64,000 nt of DNA from Sedimentisphaerales bacterium (lineage in GTDB: Bacteria > Planctomycetota > Phycisphaerae > Sedimentisphaerales > SM23-30): positions 128,001-192,000 of the forward strand of contig CAXXFK010000020.1 in NCBI GenBank assembly GCA_963663965.2, in the 5' to 3' direction. Made by a program: the position numbers and the translations under genes. Positions 38,406 through 48,629 of this stretch are shown here, piece after piece. The notes below the pieces were generated by a model. It was not told the origin of the DNA and ran no database searches. It saw only the letters and a program-made list of their open reading frames with translations. The number at the start of each line of letters is the position of its first letter. Within the stretch, counting starts at the first letter, position 1.

Positions 38406-38536
38406 GGGACCGCAAATAAATAACTACTTCATTTCTCATCCCATCTTGCCGCCATCTTCAGCCGCTTCTCAATCGGCGCATCTGAATCTGACGACAAGCT
38501 GTGCGATAAATGCAGCATTTATTTATATACGGACCC
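38406..38536. mobile_element. 131-bp MITE-like element (family B) with 18-bp imperfect TIRs and TTA target-site duplication
   Basis: TTA|GGGACCGCAAATAAATAA ... TTATTTATATACGGACCC|TTA; TIRs match 15/18; second copy at 16083. Confidence 0.85.
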
Positions 38537-39502
38537 TTAGAGCATATTCATGGCATTGTTGAAATAGTTCGACCAGAATTGTACGACGATCATGGCAACA
38601 TAGATCAGAATGCCAAAATAAACCAGGCGCGGGAACCAGAAACAAAACGCCTTGATACGACGGCGTGAGATATCATCGTAAACTTTGCTCAGTCGTTCGG
38701 CAACCGTATCCATTTCACCGGTTTCTTCGCCGACCAGCCAGGCTTCGGTAAATTCGATCGGCAAACCCGGCTTAAAGCCGCTGGACACCGGCTGACCCAG
38801 GCGCGCCTGGGCGCCGCCGGAATATAACCGGTTACAAATGACCGCGTTACCACAACTCATGGCCGCCATTTCAATGGCTTCGTCGATCATAATGCCGGCT
38901 CGAAGCAGTAAACGGAATGTATTGCAAAAGAAGCTGAGCGCGGTAGCTTTTAAGGCCGGCCCCAGCAATGGAAGGCGTAAGAGCAGTTCATCGGCGATCA
39001 GTCGAATCGGTCCGACTTGCGGTGTGGTTTTGAATATAATCACAAATACAATCGCGGGGATATAAAACCACAATAACAGACCAAAGGCGCCCAGCAGATA
39101 TTGTGCGGTGGTCTGCTTGCCAAAAACACACAGTAACAGACCGGGAATAAACGCCGCGGCATGAATCATGAGGCCCGGCAGCCACAATCCGGACAAAAAC
39201 CGCCGGATCATTTCACGTTTAAACCGGATCCATTCCGCCAGCAGTTTCATGGTTTCGCCCAGGTTTCCAGAACGTTCCCCGGCTCCGATCAGTTCGCGTT
39301 CGATCACCGGGAACTGGCGTGGATGGCGATTCAGCGCCTCGGTCAGGGATTCTCCTTCGCTGACCTGGGCCTGGATATCTCTGATCGCCCGGTTACCCAG
39401 AGAGGCATTGGGTTTCTGAGCGGCAACCGCCCGCCGAATATCCACGCCGGCATCGGTCATCATTCCCATACTGTAATAAAATTGTTCACGATGCTTGAGC
39501 AT
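38537..39502 (-). CDS. Type II secretion system F / PilC-family inner-membrane protein
   Basis: Two GspF repeats (GESLTEAL..F...LIGAGERSGNL; LVGEETGEMD) and TM helices. Confidence 0.88.
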   Translation of the reverse strand: MLKHREQFYYSMGMMTDAGVDIRRAVAAQKPNASLGNRAIRDIQAQVSEGESLTEALNRHPRQFPVIERELIGAGERSGNLGETMKLLAEWIRFKREMIRRFLSGLWLPGLMIHAAAFIPGLLLCVFGKQTTAQYLLGAFGLLLWFYIPAIVFVIIFKTTPQVGPIRLIADELLLRLPLLGPALKATALSFFCNTFRLLLRAGIMIDEAIEMAAMSCGNAVICNRLYSGGAQARLGQPVSSGFKPGLPIEFTEAWLVGEETGEMDTVAERLSKVYDDISRRRIKAFCFWFPRLVYFGILIYVAMIVVQFWSNYFNNAMNML

Positions 39503-39735
39503 AGAGCGCCTTAATCAGAGTTTATAAGGTTGCCAGCGGTTATGGATCATATCATAACACATCAATTGCCGTGAGAAAATAATTTTTTCATCTGATCCCG
39601 CTTAAAAATTCTACCACGTCACAATCCGCCAGAACCTGAATCAAGTCGCCGGCCAGGGTTGCCACTACTGAAGGAATTAACCATTGCCTCGATCGGAACT
39701 CCATTCAAATTGGTCTGCCATGTTATCATCGATTT

Positions 39736-39840
39736 TATGCCCAATGGGTATGAAAATTCCTGATCGCTCGCAAGATAAGTATTTACCCGTATATAACTTA
39801 TATTACGTCCCAGTGGGCATTTTCAAAGGCAAGCAGTATA
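39736..39840 (+). mobile_element. 105-bp MITE-like repeat, family A, copy 2
   Basis: TATGCCCAATGGGTATGAAAATTCCTGATCGCTCGCAAGATAAG...GGGCATTTTCAAAGGCAAGCAGTATA. Confidence 0.8.
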
Positions 39841-40067
39841 AATACTCAGGCAAGATAAAAAGTTAAATCAAACTTTTGACCCAAATAGCCCTATCTCAAA
39901 CCATAACATAGTTATTCACGTACAGTTATAATGCCCCGCAAATAATTCATCCCAATAATAGAAATTCCTGTTATAAAACGATAATCAACGATCACTAATC
40001 AGTAGTTCGCATGCGATGGACATTTAACCCTTAAGTTCATTAATCCTATTCAACAAATGAGGTAATC

Positions 40068-40628
40068 ATGAAAAAACATACATTAATTCTGACCGTATTA
40101 GTATGCGCCCTGTCGTTTTTGCCGGCGCTGGCACGCGGCCCCCAAAAAGGGCCCGGTGGCGGAGGAACCGCTCCTGTCCTGACCACCGCGGAAAAAGAAT
40201 CTTTAATCTTTATGCGTGAAGAAGAGAAACTGGCACGCGATGTTTATCTGGGGCTCTATGAGCGATGGGGGTTGCCTGTTTTTGATCATATTGCGCAATC
40301 GGAACAGCGTCACATGGATGCCGTGAAAACCCTGATCGACAAGTATGGCCTGACTGACCCGGTGGTTAATGACAGCATCGGGGTATTTGCCAATTCAGAA
40401 TTGCAGGAATTATACGATTATCTGGTTGACCTGGGTTCTGAATCATTGCTCGACGGCCTCTATGTGGGACAGCTCATCGAAATCACCGACATTGCAGACC
40501 TCGAGTCGGCCCTGGCTAATCCCGATATTACCAAACCGGATATTGTGCGAGTTTACGGCAATCTACTAGCCGGCTCCTATAACCATCTGGCCGCATTTAA
40601 CAGCCTGATCGACGCCTTGCAGGAATAA
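40068..40628 (+). CDS. Secreted DUF2202 ferritin-like protein
   Basis: GAGG RBS, signal peptide, FMREEEKLARDVY, SEQRHMDAV, IEITDIADL, GSYNHLAAF. Confidence 0.9.
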   Translation: MKKHTLILTVLVCALSFLPALARGPQKGPGGGGTAPVLTTAEKESLIFMREEEKLARDVYLGLYERWGLPVFDHIAQSEQRHMDAVKTLIDKYGLTDPVVNDSIGVFANSELQELYDYLVDLGSESLLDGLYVGQLIEITDIADLESALANPDITKPDIVRVYGNLLAGSYNHLAAFNSLIDALQE

Positions 40629-40659
40629 AACCGTATAATTTATTGTCATCCCTGGCTTG

Positions 40660-40699
40660 AGCGCCCGTTTGATAAGGCGAAAACGGGCGCTTATTATTT
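40660..40699. terminator. Probable terminator between convergent genes
   Basis: Stem AGCGCCCGTTT/AAACGGGCGCT followed by TATTATTT. Confidence 0.6.
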
Positions 40700-40709
40700 A
40701 TCAATCCGT

Positions 40710-43700
40710 TCAACTGACCCGGAAAGATTCTTGCGGTTGACAATACTTAAGCAGCACCTTGCGCAATGCCTCCAGTTCGATAGGTTTGCCAAGATAATCA
40801 TCACATCCGGCTTCCAGGCATTTGGTTTTATCATCCTGCATGACATTCGCCGTCAAGGCGATAATCGGGATCCGTATTTTATTTTGACGCAAAGTTTCGG
40901 TTGCATCATAGCCATTCATTTCGGGCATCTGCATATCCATAAAGACCAGATCGTACCCCATCTCCCGGATTCGCTCGACAGCATCACGACCATTGGTAAC
41001 CAGTTCCGGTTCAAGACCAAAACGGGACAGCATTTTTTTAATTAACAATGAATTGGCCGGATTATCTTCCGCGACGAGAATCCGTCCGATCAGTTGAGGA
41101 TAATCCTGCTGTAAACCGGCCGGTTTTTTCTCAACATCAATTTCGGTTTTAGCCTTGGGATCCCCGGTAACCACCGGGTGACAGGGCAAGCTCAAAATAA
41201 AGGTGCTTCCCTGCCCGGTTTGACTGCGTAAAGAAATCGATCCCCCTAATAATTCAGCCAGACGTCGCGTTAAACTCAAGCCCAGACCGGTGCCGCCGAA
41301 GGTGCGCGTGGTACTGGAATCCGCCTGAACAAACGGTTCAAAAATCACCTGTTGCTTTTCCGGATCGATGCCAATTCCGCTATCAGAGACTTCAAACAGC
41401 AACCGATCCCCCTGCGAACCGTCAGTGACATGGCGGACCGTCGCCCGCACGAATCCCTGCCTGGTAAACTTGATCGCATTGCTCACCAGGTTAATCAGAC
41501 ATTGCTGGAGTCGCACCGGATCAGACAGGAACCTGGCAGGACACTGGGGTTCGGCTTGAACCGTAAATTCCAGGCCTTTTTCCCGCGCTTTATGTTTCAG
41601 CATGGCCGTTAATCTGTCAAAGACCTCATGAAGGTCAACCTCCACCATTTCCAGTTCTATGCGATCCGCCTCCACTTTGGAGAAATCCAGAATATCATTA
41701 ATCAACCCGAGTAAATGGTTGCCTGACTCGCGAATGATATCCACATATTCACATTGTTCATCGTTGAGTTTTTCCAGGGCCAGCAATTCTCCAAAACCAA
41801 CAATCGCGTTCATGGGCGTGCGAATTTCATGACTCATATTGGCCAGGAATTGCGTCTTGGCCTGACTGGCGACAACCGCTTCCTGGGCCATGATATTGGC
41901 CCGTTCGATCGCGTTTTCCAGTTGCTCGTTAATGTGCTGGGTTTCCTGTTGACTTTGAACCAGCCGATGTTCGATATTCTTCTGATCGGTGATATCGACC
42001 AGAACTTCCACAATCAGTTCAGGGTCCCCCCGTTCATTCACTTCCGCGATATTGGAGGTGCACAGGAACACCCGTTCGCGCCCGTCAGAGATTTTCAGGA
42101 TTTTTTCGCACGTATGGATCTGGTTGTCGGTCATGGTATCGCAAACCGGACAGGTTTCGCAATTACTTTGACGACCATGATGAAATTCATAGCATCGGGT
42201 CCCGATGCTATCCGGTCCGAACAGTTCAATAAATCGCTCGTTAGCCCATACGACCTGGTAGTTGTGGTCGATCATACAGATTCCGGCAACGATAGCCCCC
42301 AGAATACCGGCGAGTTTATCCTGGGTTTCGCGATATTTCTGCTCAATGGCGATGCGATCGCTGATATCACAAACAATCCCTTCATAATGAGTAATCACGC
42401 CTTCACTATCCCGGCGAACGGTAATGCGGCTCTCGATCCACATGATCCGGCCAATATGATTATAAATCCGGTAGGGTTTATGCGTCAGCGGCGATGACCA
42501 GTCGTGAACATTCAATTGCCGAACGACTTCATCCAGATCATCCGGATGGATCATCCGGTAATACTCCCGCTCGCCATTGATAAATTCCTCCGCCGGACAA
42601 CCCAGTAATTTCAACACATTTTCCGAAACATATTCCGTTGGCCAGCCAACCTCATTACGCCAGATGAAAGCCGTATAGGGGCTATGATCGATAATTTCGT
42701 AAGCCTGCCGCAATTTATCGTCCATGAGTTTTTTCTGGGTAATGTCGCGTAATTGTTCGACAATCAACTCGATCTGACCGTCCTGATTTAACACCGGGAT
42801 CGCCGTTGCTTCAATCCATAATCCGCGTTCGGGTACAAACTTCATAACCGTTTCAGCACGTTTGCTTTTTTTGACTTCGATAGCAGCACAAATATCGCAA
42901 GGCCGGGCCCGACCGATGAGTTCGTAGCATTTGCGGCCTATCACCTCCTGAGCGTTCATATTCAACAATTTATATCCAGCTTGATTATAAGATAATATCG
43001 TATGATCCGGCTTCATAATCGAAAGAACATCCTGAACCCCATCATATATCGTTTGTAAAATTTCCTGATTTTCGTTCAGTTCGACCTGAATTTTTTTCCG
43101 ATGTTCAATTTCTTCCTGTAAACTGGCCGTACGTATCCGAACGGTCCGGCGCATGTGATAGATAAATAATCCAAATACCCCGGCCAGTAATAAAACAAGC
43201 CCTCCCCCCATTACACTGTATTTCAGCCATTGCCGGGGAGTCATACGAAATGGTTCATGAACACCCAGCCACCGGTCAAAAATGGCCTGATATTCCCCGG
43301 ATTGACTGACCAGCGCCAATCCTTCATTCAAGTCATTCTGTAACGCATGATGACCCTCTGTAACGGCAAAACAATAACTTTGGGTCATGATTTCATAATT
43401 CGTTGCATGCAGATTTTTCAAGTTGAGTTTATCGATCCAGTACAATCCCGGCAAGTGGGCCATTAAAGCGCAGTCATATTGGCCACTGTCCAGCCACTGC
43501 ATGACTTCAGCCGGCGATTCAGCGAGAATAACCTGATCCGCCAGCTGGTGTTTCTCCAAATAATCATGCATGATATCGCCGCGAATCACGACGACGTTCA
43601 ATCCCTTCAGCTCGTACAGATCGCGCGGATACGCCTGATTTTCAAGCGTGAAAATCGCATGATGCACTTTGGTGATACTTGCGGAAAAATCGACTACCGA

Positions 43701-44057
43701 GTCCCTTTCCGGAGAATAATACATTCCCGCAACCGCATCGATTTCGCCTTTTTCCAGAGCCTGGCGGATCTCATTCCAGGGCCCCATTCTGAATTCGATT
43801 TTCATACCGAGCTTTCGGGCGATCGCTTGGGTCAAATCAATATTAAACCCCTGCATTTGTCCATGTTCATCTCGCCAGGAATAAGGCGGATAATTATCTT
43901 CCGTTCCAATCACAATATCCTGAGAGATACCCGCCGCCCCCCGGCCCCACACTGTCAGGACCAAAACAATAAACACAATCCGCCTGCCAACGGCTTTTAT
44001 CCAATCCATGGTACTGTCTCTTCTCTCTTTCGGGACATTATTGACTGGCGAATTCAT
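40710..44057 (-). CDS. Hybrid sensor kinase: periplasmic SBP family-3 domain, 3 PAS, HisKA, HATPase, receiver
   Basis: EDNYPPYS..GFNIDL (SBP); PAS repeats; LANMSHEIRTPMN; NLVSNAIKFT, GGTGLGL; LVAEDN..FMDMQMP..KP. Start may be 44009. Confidence 0.93.
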   Translation of the reverse strand: MNSPVNNVPKERRDSTMDWIKAVGRRIVFIVLVLTVWGRGAAGISQDIVIGTEDNYPPYSWRDEHGQMQGFNIDLTQAIARKLGMKIEFRMGPWNEIRQALEKGEIDAVAGMYYSPERDSVVDFSASITKVHHAIFTLENQAYPRDLYELKGLNVVVIRGDIMHDYLEKHQLADQVILAESPAEVMQWLDSGQYDCALMAHLPGLYWIDKLNLKNLHATNYEIMTQSYCFAVTEGHHALQNDLNEGLALVSQSGEYQAIFDRWLGVHEPFRMTPRQWLKYSVMGGGLVLLLAGVFGLFIYHMRRTVRIRTASLQEEIEHRKKIQVELNENQEILQTIYDGVQDVLSIMKPDHTILSYNQAGYKLLNMNAQEVIGRKCYELIGRARPCDICAAIEVKKSKRAETVMKFVPERGLWIEATAIPVLNQDGQIELIVEQLRDITQKKLMDDKLRQAYEIIDHSPYTAFIWRNEVGWPTEYVSENVLKLLGCPAEEFINGEREYYRMIHPDDLDEVVRQLNVHDWSSPLTHKPYRIYNHIGRIMWIESRITVRRDSEGVITHYEGIVCDISDRIAIEQKYRETQDKLAGILGAIVAGICMIDHNYQVVWANERFIELFGPDSIGTRCYEFHHGRQSNCETCPVCDTMTDNQIHTCEKILKISDGRERVFLCTSNIAEVNERGDPELIVEVLVDITDQKNIEHRLVQSQQETQHINEQLENAIERANIMAQEAVVASQAKTQFLANMSHEIRTPMNAIVGFGELLALEKLNDEQCEYVDIIRESGNHLLGLINDILDFSKVEADRIELEMVEVDLHEVFDRLTAMLKHKAREKGLEFTVQAEPQCPARFLSDPVRLQQCLINLVSNAIKFTRQGFVRATVRHVTDGSQGDRLLFEVSDSGIGIDPEKQQVIFEPFVQADSSTTRTFGGTGLGLSLTRRLAELLGGSISLRSQTGQGSTFILSLPCHPVVTGDPKAKTEIDVEKKPAGLQQDYPQLIGRILVAEDNPANSLLIKKMLSRFGLEPELVTNGRDAVERIREMGYDLVFMDMQMPEMNGYDATETLRQNKIRIPIIALTANVMQDDKTKCLEAGCDDYLGKPIELEALRKVLLKYCQPQESFRVS

Positions 44058-44385
44058 CCAGCTTAACTCTCTAATTTGAATTACCTCATGTTAACATATT
44101 CCTTTTCGACCAGAACCCCGCGTTAATTAGCTAAAAAGAATCCGAACTGTGCCTCATTTACGATTATCACCCACCTAATGATGGTCTGGAAAATCCATTG
44201 AAAAACAAAAATCATAACCATAATGTTAGAAATACTTTAAGCAAATTTTTCTCCAAGAGCCTTCAAACGGTTTCCTGACAGTACTCAATATGCCCGATAA
44301 CTTGCCGCAAAAAACAGGGCGCTTGATTTTTTATCAGACGAATCTATCCTTCACAATTCGATGTTTTGAATTGGCCCCGAACAAT

Positions 44386-44429
44386 AAAAAAAGGCGTTCG
44401 CTAAAACGAAATCTGTTTTAGCAACGCCT
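44386..44429 (-). terminator. Intrinsic terminator of thrS-infC
   Basis: Stem AGGCGTT(C)GCTAAAAC/GTTTTAGCAACGCCT followed by T7 on the minus strand. Confidence 0.8.
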
Positions 44430-44438
44430 GAAAAATTT

Positions 44439-44543
44439 TATCCCCAATGGTTATAAAAATTCCCGATCGCTCGCAAGATAAGATTTTACTTGCGTAGAAC
44501 TTATATCACGGCCTAGCGGGCATTTTCAATGGCAAGCAGTATA
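44439..44543 (+). mobile_element. 105-bp MITE-like repeat, family A, copy 3
   Basis: TATCCCCAATGGTTATAAAAATTCCCGATCGCTCGCAAGATAAG...CGGGCATTTTCAATGGCAAGCAGTATA, between the infC stop and its terminator. Confidence 0.8.
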
Positions 44544-44555
44544 CTAATAAGCCGG

Positions 44556-45077
44556 TCAGGCCTTATTGTGGACTTGCGGGGCCATCACCATCATCAGTCG
44601 CCTCCCCATGCGTTTGGCCGGTTGTTCGATCTTGCCGATATCGCTTAATTGTTCTGCCAGGGTCTTGAAAGTATCCTCCGCCAAATCCAGATGCATCATT
44701 TCGCGACCGCGAAACATCATGGTAAATTGCACTTTGTTCCCTTTGGTCAGGAACTGGCGCGCCTGTTTCATCTTGAAATCGCGGTCATGCGTATCGGTTT
44801 TTGGACGCAAACGCACTTCTTTCAAGCTGACAATATGTTGTTTGACCTTGGCCTTATGATCCTTTTTCTTCTGATCATATTTCCATTTACCATAGTCCAT
44901 CAGTCGACAGACCGGCGGATCGCTGTTGGGCGAAACCTCCACCAGATCCATACCTACTTCACGAGCTATGTTTAATGCTTCGATCGTTTTGACTATACCG
45001 ACCTGTTTGTTTTCATGATCAATCAGGCGTACCGCCGGTACGCGTACCCGTTCGTTAATGCGCAAATCTTTTGTTAT
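44556..45077 (-). CDS. infC: Translation initiation factor IF-3 (probable ATA start)
   Basis: RINERVR, DLVEVSP..PPVCRLMDYGK, KEVRLRP, FRGRE. AGGAG lies 7 nt before an in-frame ATA at 45077. Confidence 0.97.
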   Translation of the reverse strand: MTKDLRINERVRVPAVRLIDHENKQVGIVKTIEALNIAREVGMDLVEVSPNSDPPVCRLMDYGKWKYDQKKKDHKAKVKQHIVSLKEVRLRPKTDTHDRDFKMKQARQFLTKGNKVQFTMMFRGREMMHLDLAEDTFKTLAEQLSDIGKIEQPAKRMGRRLMMVMAPQVHNKA

Positions 45078-45136
45078 GGTTTTTCTCCTGAAAAGAGTCT
45101 AACTATTTTAAAAATAACCAGCTACGTACTGGTCTA

Positions 45137-47095
45137 CTAATCGGCATTCATTAATTCCAGCTTGCGCTCGCCGGCATCTGCCACAGCCCGGTTAATAAAT
45201 TCATCCACTTTCATCTGGAGTTGACGCTCTGAACCGCGTACCCGAACTGTTACAGAATCCTGTTCGGCCTCTTTTGGGCCGACCACCAACATGTATGGGA
45301 GCTTCATTTCATGCCCACGTTTGATTTTGGCATTTATCTTATCATCGGCAGCATCGATCGAAGTCCTTAATCCAGCTTGTTTAATCCTCTGGAAAACCTG
45401 AAATCCAAATTCATTGGTTTTTTCACTGATCGGCATCACCCGGGCCTGTTCCGGCGCGAGCCAGAGCGGGAAATTGCCGGCGAAATGCTCGATCAGTATC
45501 CCGAAGAATCGCTCAATACTGCCATAAATCACGCGGTGAATCATGGCCGGGCGTTTTTCGGTGTTATCCTTGGCCACATAACTCAGATCAAATCGTTCCG
45601 GCATGGAGAAATCGAGCTGGATCGTACCGGTCTGCCAGGTTCGGCCCAGGCAATCACGGACGTGAACATCGATTTTCGGGCCATAAAAAGCGCCGTCACC
45701 CGGATTGATCTTAAACTCAACCCCCTGCGATTTAAGCGCGGTCTCTAATGCTGAGGTGGCCTTGTCCCACATCTCATCCGAACCGATACTTTTGGCCGGC
45801 CGGGTGGATAATTCCATCTTGCAGTCGGTCAGCCCAAACACCTGATACGCGTCCCAGATCAGCTTCATAACGCCAACGACTTCATCTTCAATCTGGTCCG
45901 GCAGGCAATAGATATGGGCATCATCCTGCACAAACTGGCGCACCCGCATGAGGCCATGCAAAACACCGCTGGCTTCGTGACGATGAACCAGTCCCAGTTC
46001 GGCCACCCGGATTGGAAACTCGCGATAGGAATGCGGTCGTGATTTAAATACCAGACAGGCGCCCGGACAGTTCATCGGCTTGACCGCGTAATCCACTTCG
46101 TCAATCTGGGTAAAATACATATTTTCACGGTAATTATCCCAGTGGCCCGATTGATGCCAGAGCCGCTCATTGAGGATAATCGGGGTACGAATCTGCTTAT
46201 ATTCCGCTTTGTCATGCAGTTCGTGCCAGTATTTCATCAGTTCGTTCCAGACGACCATGCCATTGGCATGCAGAAACGGGAATCCGGGTCCCTCATCCTG
46301 GAAACTGAACAAATCCATCTGACGGCCAATCAGGCGATGATCGCGCTTTTTGGCTTCTTCCAGCATATGCAGATACTGTTTCAGCTCTTTCCGATCGGCA
46401 AAGGCGGTCCCATAGACGCGCTGAAGCATTTTTTCGCTGGCATCGCCATGGAAATAGGCGCCCGCCACACTCATCACCTTGAAATCACCGATCTGGCCGG
46501 TACGGCAGATATGCGGCCCCATACAGAGATCTTCAAACCGGCCGGCCGCCGGTTCGCCCGTGACATAAAAACTGATACAATTTCCTTTGGCGCGTTTAGC
46601 ATTTTCCAGCTTGTAACGATTGCCTTCCGCTTGCAGTTTGGGCATCGCATCGTCCAACGACATTTCATAGCGGACAAATGGGCGGTCCTCCTGCACGATA
46701 CGGCGCATTTCAACTTCAATCGCTTCGAAATCATCCGGGGTAATCGGTCGATCCAGATCGATATCGTAATAGAATCCATTTTCAACCGTCGGGCCATAAA
46801 CCAGTCTGGCATCAGGAAACAGGTGGCAAATTGCTTCGGCCATGACATGGGCGCAACTATGCCGGATCAGATTCCGCGCGGTGTCCGGGTCGCTTTTGGC
46901 AGTGACGATCTCCAACGCAGTGTCTCGATCAATCATCCGCTGCATATCGGTTAACTGACCATCGAGCCGTACCCCCAAGGCGGCTTTGGCCAGACCGGGA
47001 CTGATCTGTTCGGCCACCTGCAAGGCAGTGACCGGACTGTCGAATTCTAATACTTTACCATCCAGAAGCGTTACTTTAATCATTTCGGCATCCAT
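45137..47095 (-). CDS. thrS: Threonine--tRNA ligase
   Basis: TGS domain, RHSCAH, DLCMGPH, KRDHR, KPMNCP, AFYGPK, HRVIYGSIERF. Confidence 0.98.
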   Translation of the reverse strand: MDAEMIKVTLLDGKVLEFDSPVTALQVAEQISPGLAKAALGVRLDGQLTDMQRMIDRDTALEIVTAKSDPDTARNLIRHSCAHVMAEAICHLFPDARLVYGPTVENGFYYDIDLDRPITPDDFEAIEVEMRRIVQEDRPFVRYEMSLDDAMPKLQAEGNRYKLENAKRAKGNCISFYVTGEPAAGRFEDLCMGPHICRTGQIGDFKVMSVAGAYFHGDASEKMLQRVYGTAFADRKELKQYLHMLEEAKKRDHRLIGRQMDLFSFQDEGPGFPFLHANGMVVWNELMKYWHELHDKAEYKQIRTPIILNERLWHQSGHWDNYRENMYFTQIDEVDYAVKPMNCPGACLVFKSRPHSYREFPIRVAELGLVHRHEASGVLHGLMRVRQFVQDDAHIYCLPDQIEDEVVGVMKLIWDAYQVFGLTDCKMELSTRPAKSIGSDEMWDKATSALETALKSQGVEFKINPGDGAFYGPKIDVHVRDCLGRTWQTGTIQLDFSMPERFDLSYVAKDNTEKRPAMIHRVIYGSIERFFGILIEHFAGNFPLWLAPEQARVMPISEKTNEFGFQVFQRIKQAGLRTSIDAADDKINAKIKRGHEMKLPYMLVVGPKEAEQDSVTVRVRGSERQLQMKVDEFINRAVADAGERKLELMNAD

Positions 47096-47262
47096 AAAAA
47101 AACGGCCTTCCACCCCACTGAAATATTAGCAACAACACCTCCAAGGTGTTATTATACAAGCTACATTTGAATTTCAGTGAAGTTCAAGCCGTTTCCTGAT
47201 TACTTAAGCCAAGGTTTAACAATACATTATAGCAATTCTGCGCAAGAACCGTCTATAATAAT

Positions 47263-47290
47263 ATTTTACCCGGAGACCCCTGAGTGTCAA
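47263..47290 (-). promoter_or_regulatory. Possible sigma70 promoter for thrS
   Basis: TTGACA-N16-TAAAAT on the minus strand. Confidence 0.45.
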
Positions 47291-47336
47291 GAAATTATCT
47301 AATTTTTTAAACTCGCTTAACCTCGGCAGGGGTACT

Positions 47337-48629
47337 TCAAATCAAAATTTCCCGTTTTGCCTTATCATACCGGGCTATTTTGCCTGACTGCCAGCCCAGC
47401 ATCGCCATCTGCAAGACCGTTTGTGTTCGAAACGCCAGATCCATCGGACTCCAGGTTTTTCTGGTTCGGGTCCGACAGCAAGCCAGAAAATGCTTCCAGT
47501 ATTCATGCATATATTCGGGACGTTCGATCGCAAATCTCTGGAATGGCTTGGCGCCTTTCACCTGGATCGGGGTAAAAACGATCTCCTTATTACCGGGATC
47601 GATTGTCAGCGTGCCATCCCAGCCTCGAATGACGGGCGACCGGCCTCCGGCGCCGCGGGGAGCAGTGGTCTGGTAATCATTGCCCTGGGTTCCCATCACC
47701 GCAATCGACACCTCTTCGGGATAATGGGCAATCAAACTGAACGTGTCCGGTACTTCACGTAATTCATAAGGATAACGTTGTATCGCGCCGATCCCGGCCA
47801 CACAATCTGGCATGCCCACGCCAAGAATATCGATAACCTGCGTTAAAGAATGGGGATACAAATCGGTGACCGGCCCTCCAGCATAATCCATAAATAATCG
47901 CCACCTAAAAAAACGATCGATACTGAATGGTTTCCTGGGGGCATCACCCAGAAAAGCCTCCCAGTCAAGATTATCACCGGGTCTGGCATCAGGATCATCG
48001 ACCGGCATCCCGCGCTCCCCCCAATCTCCCGTTCGGAAATAACCGGTCTCACCGTAGAGCGGCTGGCCAATCAAACCCTCTTTCACCAGTTGTTTCATCT
48101 GGTGCCAGGCGGAATCGGCCATTCCCTGGGTGCCCAATTGAAAGACCCGGTCACTGGCATTGACCACATCCAGCAACTGACGGGTCAGTTCAAACTGGCT
48201 CCAATGTGTCACCGGTTTTTCACAGTAAACATCTTTTCCGGCTTGAATCGCATCGATCGCCTGGCGGCCATGCAGATGATCACAGGTGGCGATACAGACC
48301 ACATCCACATTTTTATCGGCCAGCAGGGCCTGATGACTGGAATAAGCCCGGGCGCCATATTGCGTTGCCGCCTTTTCCAAACGGGGCTTATAGACATCAC
48401 AAACCGCAATAATCTCAAGCGGTTCGCCCTGGTCTTTCAGGGCCTTGAGTTGTTGAAGGTGAAAACTGCCCCGGCCTCCGGCACCAATGACCCCCACTCC
48501 CAGCATATCTTTACCCGGGGCAGGAGACTCGGCCGCATAGAGTGTCGGGCCTAAGGTTGAGGCCGCGGCCAGCAAACCGCTGGTTTTCAAAAAGTCACGA
48601 CGGGTAGTTGACGGACTGTCGTTATTCAT
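47337..48629 (-). CDS. Tat-exported Gfo/Idh/MocA oxidoreductase
   Basis: TTRRDFLK twin-arginine signal; GVIGAGGRG; DVYCEKP; WRLFMDYAGG..TD..PH. Confidence 0.93.
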   Translation of the reverse strand: MNNDSPSTTRRDFLKTSGLLAAASTLGPTLYAAESPAPGKDMLGVGVIGAGGRGSFHLQQLKALKDQGEPLEIIAVCDVYKPRLEKAATQYGARAYSSHQALLADKNVDVVCIATCDHLHGRQAIDAIQAGKDVYCEKPVTHWSQFELTRQLLDVVNASDRVFQLGTQGMADSAWHQMKQLVKEGLIGQPLYGETGYFRTGDWGERGMPVDDPDARPGDNLDWEAFLGDAPRKPFSIDRFFRWRLFMDYAGGPVTDLYPHSLTQVIDILGVGMPDCVAGIGAIQRYPYELREVPDTFSLIAHYPEEVSIAVMGTQGNDYQTTAPRGAGGRSPVIRGWDGTLTIDPGNKEIVFTPIQVKGAKPFQRFAIERPEYMHEYWKHFLACCRTRTRKTWSPMDLAFRTQTVLQMAMLGWQSGKIARYDKAKREILI

